DNA of 64,000 nucleotides from assembly GCA_000004695.1 (NCBI GenBank), contig CM000153.2, positions 2,336,001 through 2,400,000 on the forward strand, given 5' to 3'. Each line of letters begins with the position of its first letter. Within the stretch, counting starts at the first letter, position 1. Below are positions 1 to 15,746 of this stretch, piece after piece. Source of the DNA: Dictyostelium discoideum. Taxonomy: Eukaryota. The translations under genes and the position numbers were made by a program. The notes under the pieces were generated by a model that saw nothing but the letters and a program-made list of their open reading frames with translations, searched no databases and had not been told where the DNA came from.

Positions 1-208
1 AAAAAATTAAAAAAATTATAAAAATATATATACATATAAAATTCATTTATTTCTTTTTTTTTTTTTTTAATAAACTTAAAACATTGCAGAAAAAAAAAAA
101 AATATGCATACCTACTATTTAACTTTTTTTTTTTTTTTTTTTTTTTTTTATAAATTAAATTAAATATATATATTTTTTTTTTTTTATTTTTTATTTTTTT
201 CTTATTAT

Positions 209-3112
209 TTAAAAGTTATCTATATTATGAATTTTACCACCCATAAATACTGGTACAGTATTTGGACGTGGTTGGTTTCTCATAGTAGGAGTTCTTGAGA
301 AACGATGGCCAAATTTCTTTACTAGTACAACTGTTAAAACTGTGGCTAATATAATAAAAGGTATACCAATACCAAGACATAGACCAAGTATTAGACCAAG
401 TTTATTTTTATCATCTTTTTTAGGATTTCCATTTCCATTTCCACCATTTTGAATTGAATTTGGTCCAAATTGAGGATGGATACCATTGATATTATGAACT
501 TGACATTTATTTGGTCTTTTAATGGTGATATTATTATAAACAGCAACACAACCTTTAGAATCAGAGATGTTTAAACTATAAATTCCATCAACCCAATAAG
601 AGACATTTAAATAATGACCGTGTGAGATAGCACCCGATGATATTGTAAAATCATAATAACTACCATTGTATTGAGTACCACCAGTTGCAGTAATTGTCAT
701 GTTGGCAAGGTTTGCTCTTGTACAATCAATACTTTCAATAAGGGTATCAGTGATTTGAATTCTTTTTGGTTGTGCCAAAGTTAAATTATTTGATACTGAA
801 CCACAATACAAACTTTCACCTCTTGTTGATTTAATCTTTGCTTCAAGAATATATTTATCAGCTATTAAACCATTAAATTCCAAAGTTTTAATTTTATTAA
901 TAAATGGTTGATGAACTTTACCTTTTGAATCTGTCAACTCGAAATCAATACCATCCATTGATGCAACTTTAATTGAACCTTTTGAACCAAAACATAGTGA
1001 TTTAATTACCTTTGGTTTAAGTTTTTCTTTAACTACCTTTGCAGAAGGTGGTGAATAAATATCGACACTTACAATTTGTGAACATACACCACCTTTAATT
1101 TCTGCCTTTATAACAATATTTAAATCACTTATATTCTCAATGGTACCCTCTGATGTTATATTATATTTTGTTGGTGTTACAATGTAATTGTATTTCTCTG
1201 GTTTGAAATTTACAATTTTAATTCTAGCATCCTTTGAATCTGCACATGTTAAATTTGTATATTCAATGATTGGTTTCTCAACTTTATCATTTGGAAGAAA
1301 CTCTTTTACTGAATAGGTACATTGATGTTTGAAAACGTCTTTACTTGTGGTGGTAATGTTAACAGTATAATTTTTATCACCATACAAGCCAGGAAAAACA
1401 CTTCCATCCTTAAGAATCACTGGTTTTTTACCATCTTCACTGTATAGAATATATTCATAACTGAAATCTGGATGTTTTAAATTTGTAAAATTGAAAACAC
1501 CTTGTGCAGCATTCAAGCATGCATGTGTTACATTAATAAACATTGGATTCTCTGGTGTAATAATCGAAATATTCTTTCTAACCATATCAGTTGAGTCATC
1601 AATTCCACTTAACCAATATTGTAGAATATAATCACCATCTTTTAAATTTTTTCTTATCAAAGATTTAGTTGCAGTTAATTGATCTTCCCATTTAATTTGG
1701 AAAACACCTGGTGGTGCAAGTATTTTAATTTCACCAGTACCTTTATCACCATAACAAGGATGTGTTACTTCAAATGAAACTCCAGGTATACTTCTACTTA
1801 ATTCATCAGATCCTGGTAAAGCATAAAACTAATCATAAATAAAAAATAAAAAATATAATTATATTTTGTTAATTTTGTTAATTCTAAAATTTTAAAATAA
1901 AATAAAATAAAACTTACAGTATCTAAACCTTTTGTTGCAAATGGTGCACAATAGTCAGTGGTATCACCATCTTTTGTTAATGAAATTGACTTTTCACTTC
2001 TTTCATTATAAAGTGTAAAGCCATCTTTTTTTGATACCATCCAATAGGTATTTCTTTTTTCTTGATCATAACGATATAATCTAACTGAGCAAGCATCAAG
2101 AACATTTAATCTTCCACCTTCAGTTTCTTCAAATTTTTGTAAACTTGAACTATGAGTAAATTTAACCAAAACATGTGCAGCACTATCATAAATATAAATA
2201 TATCTACTTGATGATGTGATTGGTTGAGAAATTACATCCTCTGGATTTGTAATATTAACTGGCATTGGTACATATGGATCATTCTTATGTATAACTTTAT
2301 TAATTTATTTTTAAAAATAAAATTAATATATGTATATATAAGTATATATTTTAAATTTAAATTAAATTATATACTTACTTTTTTTACAACCATCATGAAT
2401 TATTGGTTTAAGATAAACTTGATTTGCTTCTTTATAAGTTGCCCATATAAATGTATCATCAATACTAAGACTTAAATAATTATGAGATGAATCAACTTGA
2501 TAAAAATCAGGAACATTATTTAAATTATACATTGCTATAAAAGTATTACCATCTTGTAAACCTTTACCAAGGTAAGCAACACAACCATCATAAATTGAAG
2601 CTTTGATAACTTTAAAATAGTTTTTTTTTAAACCAGTTATAAGTTCATCTGTTTCTGATGATGATGAGGATGATGACTCAATTGGTTTTGGTGTTTTTGA
2701 TTTTGTTTTAATTGATGGTGTTGGCGTTGGTTTTGGTGTTTTTGATGTTGAATTTTCAAAAACAAAATTTGGAATTGGTATTTTTGGTGCTAATGTATAA
2801 AAATTATTTCCTGAAAAAGTTTTATCAGCTTGTTCAGGTTGAGTTTGATATTCACCAATTACATATATTTGTTCAGTTTTTGGATCCTTTATTACATTTC
2901 CAATTTTATTCTTTGTTTCTAAAAAAGGTTTAAATGTTTTTGAATAATCTAAAAAAAAAAGATTATAAAAAAAAAAAGTTAATAATATGAAATTTTATAT
3001 ATTATAGGCTTTTATTTAAAATTCACTTACCAGTATCAATTAAATTTCCATTTATAAATAATATATTATATAAAATAATTATAAAGAAAATTAATTGTGA
3101 TTTAGACCACAT
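209..3112 (-). CDS. Type I membrane glycoprotein with Ig/IPT-like repeat ectodomain, possibly Tgr-family adhesion protein. 4 exons, about 885 aa.
   Basis: Exons on minus strand: 3031..3112 (ATG, signal peptide MWSKSQLIFFIIILYNILFING), 2379..2957, 1918..2294, 209..1828. Introns have GTAAGT donors and AT-rich bodies ending AG, and the frame is continuous across all three junctions. There are many NxS/T sequons and beta-rich repeat modules. A single TM helix (LGLILGLCLGIGIPFIILATVLTVVLV) precedes a short basic tail. Family naming is by inference only. Confidence 0.6.
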
Positions 3113-3410
3113 TTTTTTTTATCTATTTTTTATTAATTACTATTATTAATAATTTTTTAATATTCTAATTTTAATAATAATTAATTTAATTAATATTAAT
3201 AAATTACTATTATTATTATTATTATCTTTTAAAAAAAAAAAAAAAAATTATTTGGTTTTAAAAAATAAAATAATTATTTGATTTTAAAAAAACAAAAAAA
3301 GTGTGTGCGGGAATGTTTTATTACTAAAAAAAACAAACAAATAAATAAAATAAATAAATATTATAATATTTTATAAAATATTTTTTAAAAAAAGAATGAA
3401 TAAATAAGAA

Positions 3411-3461
<51 letters not shown>

Positions 3462-3775
3462 TTTGTTTTAGAAAAAATAAAAAAAAAAAAAAGATGAATT
3501 ATGAATATTATAATTAGTTAAATTCTTTTAATTAAAAAAAACCAACTAATAATAAACGAGGACTTTTTTTGGAATTAATTGCTAAACGATTCCAAATTAT
3601 TTTAACAAAAAATCTTTTCTGAAAAAAGTTAAATTATATATATAAATAAAATTATTTTTTCCTTTTTTTTTTTAAAAAATTGATTTTCTTTTTTTTTTTT
3701 ATTATAAACACTTTTTGTTTAAAAAAAATTGATTAAAATAAAAATTTTAAAATAAATTGTTTAAAAAAATAAATA

Positions 3776-3808
<33 letters not shown>

Positions 3809-5053
3809 ATATAAAATACAAATAACACACAAAAACAGTGAATAATATTAATATGGTTTGTTCAAGTAAAAACAAAAAAAATGTTTTTAAATATTATATG
3901 TACATAATTGGGGTGAAATATAGTTGGTTTGGGTTAATTTAATTTATTTTTTTTTTAAAATCACACGCAAAAAAATATTTTCTTTAAATCAATCTAATTA
4001 TTTGTTTTAAAAAAAAAAAAAAAAGTGTGGTAATTTTTTATGTGCGAAAAAATTTATATAATTATAAAGGCGTTTAATAATTATTTAATATTTTTTTTTA
4101 AAAAATACTAGGATATCCAAATATGTTTATAAACTCTTTTTTTTTTAAAAAAAAAAAAAATTTCCCCACAATTAAGTAAATCGACCAATTATTTTTATTT
4201 GATTGACTATTTGGTACATACGATTGGATATTATTTTTTTTTTTTAGTAAAATAAAATATAAAAAAATAAAATTAAAAATAAAAAAAAAAAATAATATTC
4301 TTATTAACAATAATTTGAAATCTAAAAGTAAAATGAGGATTTTATTAACAACTAAAATGATGTTGTATGATGGTGATGTTGTTGGTTTTATAAAAAAATA
4401 TTGATGTTAATTTTTAATTATTATTTTTTTATTTTATTTTTTATTTTATTTTTTTTATTTTTTTTTTTATTTTAATAAAATCTATTAAAATTTTATTTTT
4501 ATACCTGAAAAAGAAATAATAAAAAATAAAATTTTACTTAGAGAAAAACAAAAAACTTAATTTGGTCTTTATACTATTTACACATAAAAAACAATAAAAA
4601 CCTAATAGATGGATTTTATTACACAAACTAATTTTAAAATAACAACACTTAAAATAATTATTATAATTTCTTACCACACAAATTCTTATTATTACAGAGC
4701 TCTAATTATAATTATACATTTAAAATTAAATATATTTTAAAAATAAAAAATAAAAAAAATAAAAAAATAAAAAAAAATATATTAATTTTTTTCCAATATT
4801 TTATTATTACCATACCTTGGTAATTTTAAAAATAACCCAAGAAAAAAAAACAAAAAGGTTGGTTCTTTGTTTGTTTTATTTTTACTAAAATGTTTTGTAT
4901 AAACCACACAACACAACCACAATATTTTATAAAAAAAAAATAAAAAAAAAAATAAATAAAAAAAATTTTCTGAATCAGGTAATTTACGAAAATTATTTAA
5001 TTTAAATAATTATTTTTAAGGGGGTTATTCAACATTTAATTTAATTTTAATTC

Positions 5054-5091
<38 letters not shown>

Positions 5092-5126
5092 CTTAATTAA
5101 ATTAAAAATAACGAAAGTGCTATAAA

Positions 5127-5157
<31 letters not shown>

Positions 5158-5415
5158 AAAAATTATCTTAATTTAATTAAAAGTAATTTTATAACTTATT
5201 TTGGGGTTTTTTTTGATTTGTAGAAATTTTTTAAAAAAAAAAAGTTTAAACAAAAAATAATTTAATTATACTACTTTTTTTTTTTTTTCCCTATTTAAAA
5301 AAACATTTTTAACTGAAAAAATGTATATTAATAAATTAATATAAATTCATTGTAAAATTAGTATTATTGTTTTTAGATTTATTAATGATAAACTACATTT
5401 TTTTATTTTATAAAA

Positions 5416-5459
<44 letters not shown>

Positions 5460-5605
5460 TATATGTAAAAGAGGAAAAAAATAAAAAATAAAAAATAAAA
5501 TACATATAATTAATGAATGGTATTGTTATTTTATTTATTTAATTTAATTTTAATTTTTTATATTGAATGGGGTTATTTATTTATGAGAGAGAGAGAGAGA
5601 GAGTA

Positions 5606-6988
5606 TTACAAATTATTTTTATTAAAAATTCTATTACTAACACTTGCAACATATATTGATACAGGTATTGATGAATCAGATTGAATGAATTGATAATCAG
5701 TATTTGCAGGTACAAATAAGATTGAACCTGTATGAAGATTATTTAAAGTTGATTGATTTGATTTGTTTTCAATTGATAAATTACCTGAATAAACCAAAAC
5801 TATTGAAGGACCTTTACTTGAGTATACATTTATATTTTTACAGCAATCATCTAAATGATAGTATTCCACTTGAAATTCGTCAACGGGTGGTTGATAACAA
5901 CGATAATTAGTTAAAGATAAATCGGGTCTTTGCTGTGGTACCACTAGATCAGGTCTCCCAGTTCTGTAGGTCAACATATCACCAAGGGTGTCTACATCCT
6001 TTAACTTTGGTGTTAACCCTGCTCTAACCACATTATCAGATGGTGCCATACATTCAACACAATCACCCGATATATATGCATGTGGTTCACCAGCACCTAA
6101 AAACAAAGCCTCACCAGGTTTCAATACAATATAATTTAAAATATATGCAAAGAATACCCCAACGTCACCTGGATATTGTGAATAAAGTTTCAAAACCAAT
6201 CTATCCAAATCATCTCTCTCCTCCTCCCTCTTTTCATTCAATCTATTATTTAATTCCTTTAAATTATTTGATATTAATAAACCATCTGCTTTTAATAATG
6301 ATGTTACAATACTCTTTAAATATTCTTTACAATCATCTAATTTTATTACTAAAAATATATGTAAATATATTAAATTAGTATATACATATACATATATACA
6401 TATATGCGTGTGTGTGTTAATAATAATAATTACAATTATTTGGTAAAGAATTTTTAAATTCTGGTATTGTGTCTATAAATGATTGAATTTCTGATAATGG
6501 TCTAAAACTACATAATGCTTCGAATGGAGTTGTTGCAATTGCAATCTCTGGTTTATGATATGGGTCTTTATAGATGTTTGGATACTTTTTAAATAAAACT
6601 TGTGCTAATTGTGAATCTGGATGTGCTTGAATTGAAAGTGCTGTTCTAATTGATAAAACTTTAAATAAAAATGGAAAATCATTACCAAATCTTTTTTCAA
6701 CAATTTCACCTCTAATTGATGATGATGATGATGATGATGTTGATGATTTTTCATTTATTTCTTTTTGTACTGTATCGATATATTCTCTTAATTTTAATTC
6801 TTTATTTTTATATTCAACTTTTGATGGCGCACTAACATGATCACCCATCCAAAGTTCTGCATATGGTATTGTTTCTTTTATAATATCACTACATTCTTTT
6901 GCATATCCTTTTAATAATTTTGCAACTGTACTATTTGAACCATATTTACCCCATTCATAATTTTGTGAAACACATTTTAATAATACAA

Positions 6989-7043
<55 letters not shown>

Positions 7044-7049
7044 TTCCAT
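5606..7049 (-). CDS. Mannose-6-phosphate isomerase (type I PMI), 2 exons
   Basis: Exon 1 is 6434..7049 and exon 2 is 5606..6348 (minus). The intron 6349..6433 runs GTAATT...TTTTAG, with phase-1 continuity. PMI signatures are YEWGKYGSNS, ELWMGDHVSAPSKV, ALSIQAHPD and GEPHAYISGDCVECMAPSDNVVRAGLTPK. The N-terminus has an 18-residue poly-Asn run. Confidence 0.85.
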
Positions 7050-7058
7050 TTTATAAAC

Positions 7059-7089
<31 letters not shown>

Positions 7090-7825
7090 AGATAGAAAAA
7101 GATAAATATATATGTATAATATTAATAATTATGAATGTGGGTGGGATAGTTTTTTTTTCTTTTTATATTTTTTTTTTTTTTTTTATTTTTTTTATTTTTA
7201 TTTTTAATTTTAACCCAAATTTTTAAAAAAAAAAAAAAAAAATCTTTAACAGGTAGGCAATCCAACTCATTTTTCAACTTTTTTTTTTTTTTTTTTTTTT
7301 GGATCAATTTAATTTCAATTTTATTTTATTTTTTTTTTTTTTTTTTAAACATATCGGCAGAAGTTCACCAAAAAATAAATATAAATATAAATCTATAAAC
7401 AAAATGGAAATAAAATAAAAAAATAAAAAAAATAATAATAAATTAATTACAAAGGTGATCCTAATTATTTTTTACTTTTATTTTATTTTTTGTTTTTTTA
7501 TTTTTATATTTTTTTTTAAGGTGTTCAGGCAAAATTTGAAATTTCATTAAAAAAAAAATAAAAAAAAAAAAATTAAAAAAAGTGAAAATAATAAAAAATT
7601 TCGTATTAATGTTGTCATTGGATACATAATCACTTTTTTTTTTTTTTTTTTTTTTTTAATTTTTTTTAAAAAAGACAAAAATAATAATAATCACACACTC
7701 ATACCACACTTTTTTTTTTATATTTTCTCAACACTTTTTTTTTTTTTTTTTTTTGTTTATTTATTTTATATACATATATATCTAAAAAAAAAAAAAAAAA
7801 TTTTGACTAAAAAAAAGAAATAAAA

Positions 7826-9747
7826 ATGAATTCATTTTTAGCTCGTGTTGGTTCATTAGGAAATATATTTAAATCTAAATCATTTTCACAACAATTTAGG
7901 AAAAATTTAAAGAATGAAAGTTATTATAAAAAAGTTAAAAGTAGTTGGATGAATGCAACTCAAAAACTCTTTAAATTAGATGAACCAACAAAAGGAAACA
8001 ATGTTACAATCTTTTTTACAGGTGATGAAATGTTTAGACATATGTGGGGTTGTATTAAAAGTGTAAAAATTTAAATTAATTATTAAAAAAAAAAAAAATA
8101 ATAAAAAATGTCACAAATAGAAAACTAAAAATACAAATTTTATTTTATTTTTAATTTTTCTATTAGGCAAAAGAATCAATTTATTTAGAAACATATACAA
8201 TTGAACCAGATTTAATTGGTAATAAAACCATTGAATTATTGACAGAAGCACAAAGAAGAGGTGTTCAAGTTAAATTTGCATATGATTCAATTGGTAGTTC
8301 AGGATTATCAGATTTTGATATTTATGAAATGAGAGTTTCCGGTGTTGATATCTATCAATTCAATCCGGTTGAAATTAGTTCAATATTACCATACACATTA
8401 AGAAATCATAGAAAGATTATAGTTGTTGATGAAAAGTATGGTTTTTGTGGTGGTATGAATATATCTGGTAAATATGCTTCATCAAATATGGATGGTGGTA
8501 AAGATTATTTCCGTGATACTCATTGTATGATTGAAGGACCTGCCGTTAAAAATCTTTTAAATATTTTTCATGATTCTGTTAAAGATAAAAGAATCATTGA
8601 AAAACCAGTAAATAAAATTGGTTCACCTGCTTTACTAGCTCTACATTTTCCATATGCATCTGAAATGGATTCCAAAATATATAAAAAACCAATTTATGAA
8701 TTAAATGAAGAATTTAAAGAATCAATTGAAAATAATAATCAATATATAAATAATAATGATAATAATAATTATAAAGATAAAGAACTTGATGATGAATATG
8801 AAGATGAAGATGATACATTTAATGATATAACTCAATCAACATATTATCATTATCAACCACCAATAAATAGTACAAATTATACAAATAATAATAAAATAAG
8901 GCAAAATGAAAAGAATTTAATAAAATTAGAAACACAACAACAATTTTTAAAAGATGAAGATTTAACTGAATTTACAATTGAAGATGATGATGATGATGAA
9001 GAAGGAGAGGATGATGATGAAAATGAAGATGAATTTAAAGAATTTGTATCATTAACAAGTGAATATAAAAATTTAGAGAATTTAAATAAATTAAATGATT
9101 ATTTGAATGATGAATCAAATATAAATCTAAATAATGGTAATGGTAGTGGTAGTAAAAAGATTGAAATAGTTCAATCAAAGACTATTTCAAATGCAGTTGT
9201 TCAAGTTCAACAATCAAATCAGTTTAGAAATAAAAGGGAGATTCAAAAAGCATTATTAATTGCATTGAATAAGTCGTATGATCATTGTTATTTCACTACA
9301 CCTTATTTTTTACCACCAAGAAAATTAAGAAAGGCAATTGTTAATGCCGCAAAACGTGGTGTTGATGTAAAGATTATTACGGCTGGAAAAAGTGATGTCC
9401 CTTGGTTCCGTAATGCTTCGAGATATATTTATCCACTTTTTTTAAAACATGAAAAAATTAAAATTTATGAATTGGAATCAATCACTTTACATGCGAAAAC
9501 TTTATCAATTGATGGTATGTATTCAACAATTGGAAGTTACAATTTGGATACCTGGTCTCAAAGAAATCTCGAAGCGAATCTCGCCTTCTTTAGTCCAAAT
9601 GTCGTAAAAGTTTTAGAAGATCAATTTAAAAATGATCTCAAATCCTGTAGCGAAGTAACCTTAAAAGATATTGGTAACCGTCCATTTTTAGATCGTTTAA
9701 TTTGTTTTTTCGCTTTCCAAATGAGTAAAATTTTAAAACCAACGTAA
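7826..9747 (+). CDS. PLD-superfamily (2x HKD) bacterial-type cardiolipin synthase-like protein, 2 exons
   Basis: Exon 1 is 7826..8062 and exon 2 is 8167..9747. The intron 8063..8166 has a GTAAAA donor and TTTCTATTAG acceptor, phase 0. HKD motif 1 is HRKIIVVDEKYGFCGGMNISGKY and HKD motif 2 is HAKTLSIDGMYSTIGSYNLD. The N-terminal repeat (AKESIYLETYTIEPD) is typical of Cls. A long acidic/Asn-rich insert lies between the two catalytic halves. The basic, amphipathic N-terminus (MNSFLARVGSLGNIFKSKSF) is consistent with a mitochondrial presequence. Confidence 0.75.
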
Positions 9748-10807
9748 TAAATAAATAAATAAATTAATAAATAAAAATAAATAAAAAATAAATAAATAAA
9801 AATAAAAATAAAAATAAAAAAAAAAAAAAGTAGTGTTGCCACTTTCTCATTTTGAGATTTTGCCAAAGTTAAAAGTGATGAAGGTGTAGGTTATAAAATT
9901 TTTTTCAATTTTTTTTTTTTAGTGTTTTATTTTTTTATTTTAATTAAATTTTTCTTTTTTTTTTTTTTTTTTTTTTTTTCTTTTTTTGGATCGAGCACAA
10001 AATCATAGATATATCTAAAATGATTTATTTTAATTAGAAAGTATAATAATAAAAAAAAAAAATAATAATAAAAAAAAAAATATAAAATAAAACACTGATT
10101 TTATAATAAAAAAAAGATTGAATTAGCAGATTACACTTTTTGAATTGTTTTATTTTTATTTTTATTTTTTTTTTTATTTTTTTTTTTTTTTATTTTTTTT
10201 TTTTTTAAAAAAAATTTTTTTCCAAAAGATATTTTTTTTTTTTTTCTAATTTTTTTTTTTTTTAATTTTAATATTATTATTAAGACATAAAAGGATATTA
10301 AAAAAAAATAAAATAAAATAAAATAATCACCTACAATACACACACTCACTCGCACACTCACAATTTAACAACTCACAAACAGCACACCACACAAATAAAG
10401 ACAACTGAGATTATCATGTTGTTTTATTTTTAAAAAAAAAAAAAAAAAAAAAAAATAAAATAAAAAAAAAATAATAAATAAATAAAATTAAAAAATATAT
10501 GTATATTTAATTTGTAGTATAATTTTTATTTTTTTTTTAAATTAATTTTTATTATTTTTTTTTTTTTAAAACACCATTTATTGTAATAATAATACTTAAT
10601 AATAATTAATAATAATTATAATAATATTAATAATAATATAGTATAATTTAACTCCCTTATAAACTTTCAATATTTCATAAATAGTAATATCATAAATAAT
10701 AATAAATATTTTAACTTCATTTAAAGTTATAATTTATTATTTTTCATATATATATATATTTTTTTTTATTCTAAACTACACCTTATAAATTAATTTTTTT
10801 TTTTTTG

Positions 10808-10848
<41 letters not shown>

Positions 10849-10925
10849 ATTCCACACACACAAAAAAAGGTTTATTTTATTTTATTTTTATTAAATAAAA
10901 CTAAATAAAAAAAAAAAAAAAAAAA

Positions 10926-13635
<2,710 letters not shown>

Positions 13636-14366
13636 ATAATTATTTATGCAAATAACAATGTGTTATATATATTTATTAAAGTAACAAGTAAAAAAAAGTA
13701 TAGAAAACAATTATAAAAAAAAAAAATCAAAAAAAAAATTAAAAAAAAAAAAAATCAAAAAACAGATAACAAAACAGCTCCCAGGAATAACAATATAATA
13801 TGATTATTAGTAATAGTGATCTGTATGTTGAATATAGGTAATTGTTTGAATTACAAAAATTAAATAAAAATTAAATTAGAATAAAAAAAAAAAAAAAATG
13901 CTTATCAATGTAATAGTCAAATAAAATAAGAAATTCTAGGAATATTGAATTTTAAAAATAGATTTCTATTATCTCCAAAATACCTTTTTTTTTTTTTTAT
14001 TCTTTGTGGTAAAATAAAAATAAAACAAATATTTATAATATTATATTATTACTTTTAACTGGAATTTAAAAATTGGAAGCCTTAATTTGGATCAACAGTA
14101 CCATCATTATGAGGTGTATTACTGAGTTATTGAAAAAAAACTATTATCTTGTGATCGACAGTGATTCGATTTTAAAAATAAAGAAAATAAAAAAAAAAAT
14201 TGGCCAAACAGCAGATGAAATTAGTCAATAAAATAACCTGGATTTAAAATCAATTTTTTTTTTTTTGTTTTCTTATTAAATTCTAAAAAATTAAAAAAAA
14301 AAACTAAATTTGATATTTTAACATTTTTATTTTTTTTTTTTTTATTTTTTTTTCTAATTTTGCTTT

Positions 14367-14397
<31 letters not shown>

Positions 14398-14413
14398 CAT
14401 TTTCAAATTAAAA

Positions 14414-14435
14414 ATGGACACTTTTGGAAATAAGG

Positions 14436-14474
<39 letters not shown>

Positions 14475-14735
14475 GCAACAAAGATATTGATAATACAATT
14501 GAATCAAAATTAACATTAACACCCTCTCCTTCAACTCCAGAAAAAATAGTATCAACAGTAACAACTGCAGTAGCCAAACCAAAAAAAGAATTAAAGAATT
14601 TAGTATTATACAAGCTAATTGATATAAATAGTGCAAAATGTTATTTTAAATATCAAAATATTAGAAAAGATATTGAATTATTTATAAATAAAGATGATGA
14701 GCCATCATTTAGAATTCTACTTGAAAATAATGCCG

Positions 14736-14766
<31 letters not shown>

Positions 14767-15711
14767 TAATAAGTTTATTATTGAACAAAGTGCAACCACT
14801 CTATTGAAATCATATTTAAAGTTAGAAAAACCAATAAAAGGAAATAGTTATGTTTATATCAATGATAAGAAAATTGATGATTACTCTTTTGATTTTCTTA
14901 TATCTGCTACCAGTACCACCACTGCCACAACAACAACAACAAACACCACACCACAATCTAGTAACAAAACAATACCATCTACACCAGTGTCAGTATCAAC
15001 CTCAACCGAAAAAGCTAATCAACTCAATTCTACACCAGGTATTGATCAAACTCCATATAGAGAAATTAATGATCATAAATTAATAAAAAAAGTTATAATT
15101 AAAGAAAATACTCAAAAAGAAGTAGAAGTAGAAGAAGAGTATCAATTCATTAAGAAATCATCACCATCATTGAAACAACATATTCAAATTAAAGAAGAAG
15201 AAGAAGAAGAAGAAGAAAAAGAATTAATTATAGAGAATGCAAAAATAAAACCATCAGGTGTTGGTAGATTCTTTCATTTCGGATGTGAAAGATATTTATC
15301 ATTTTCAAGTAGACAAACTTATAAAGAGAATGATCCAATTAAATCAATTCAAAGTCCAATTTCATCTGTTCAACAGAAACTAATTGATGATGGTTTCATT
15401 TGGGAGGATAAAGTTTTAAAGTATTTACAAGATGAAAATGATATTAAAAATCCTAAATATAGAATATTTAAACCTGAAAATGGTCAAGCAGATTTATCAA
15501 TCTCTGAAACTATTAGAATTTTAAAAGATGAAAAAGTAGATTCAACCCCATTCTATATGATTCAATCAACACTTGAACCACCAAAATCATTTAGAAGAAA
15601 TTTACCTGACTCAATTAAATTTTCAATTTCAAAGCCTGATTTCTTATTAATTTCAAAAAAGAGTACTTATGACGATGATGGTGATGGTAATAAATCAAAT
15701 ACTACAACAGC

Positions 15712-15746
<35 letters not shown>

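Noticed and set aside
4098-4310. Short ORFs from the supplied track in pure AT-rich spacers (for example 4098-4310, 7122-7307, 9621-9866, 10131-10361, 20227-20430, 48062-48262, 49991-50179, 50770-51003, 57751-58035)
   Set aside because: Their translations are poly-K/F/I/N low-complexity strings created by A/T homopolymers. They have no codon-usage signal, splice context or motifs.
14090-14175. Possible tRNA near GATCGACAGTGATTCGATTTT and elsewhere (GGTTCGGTAAA at 49283)
   Set aside because: No cloverleaf could be built, and the sequences have no GTTCGAATC/GTTCAAATC T-loop with matching acceptor stems. I found no convincing tRNA, rRNA or snRNA gene by eye in this window.
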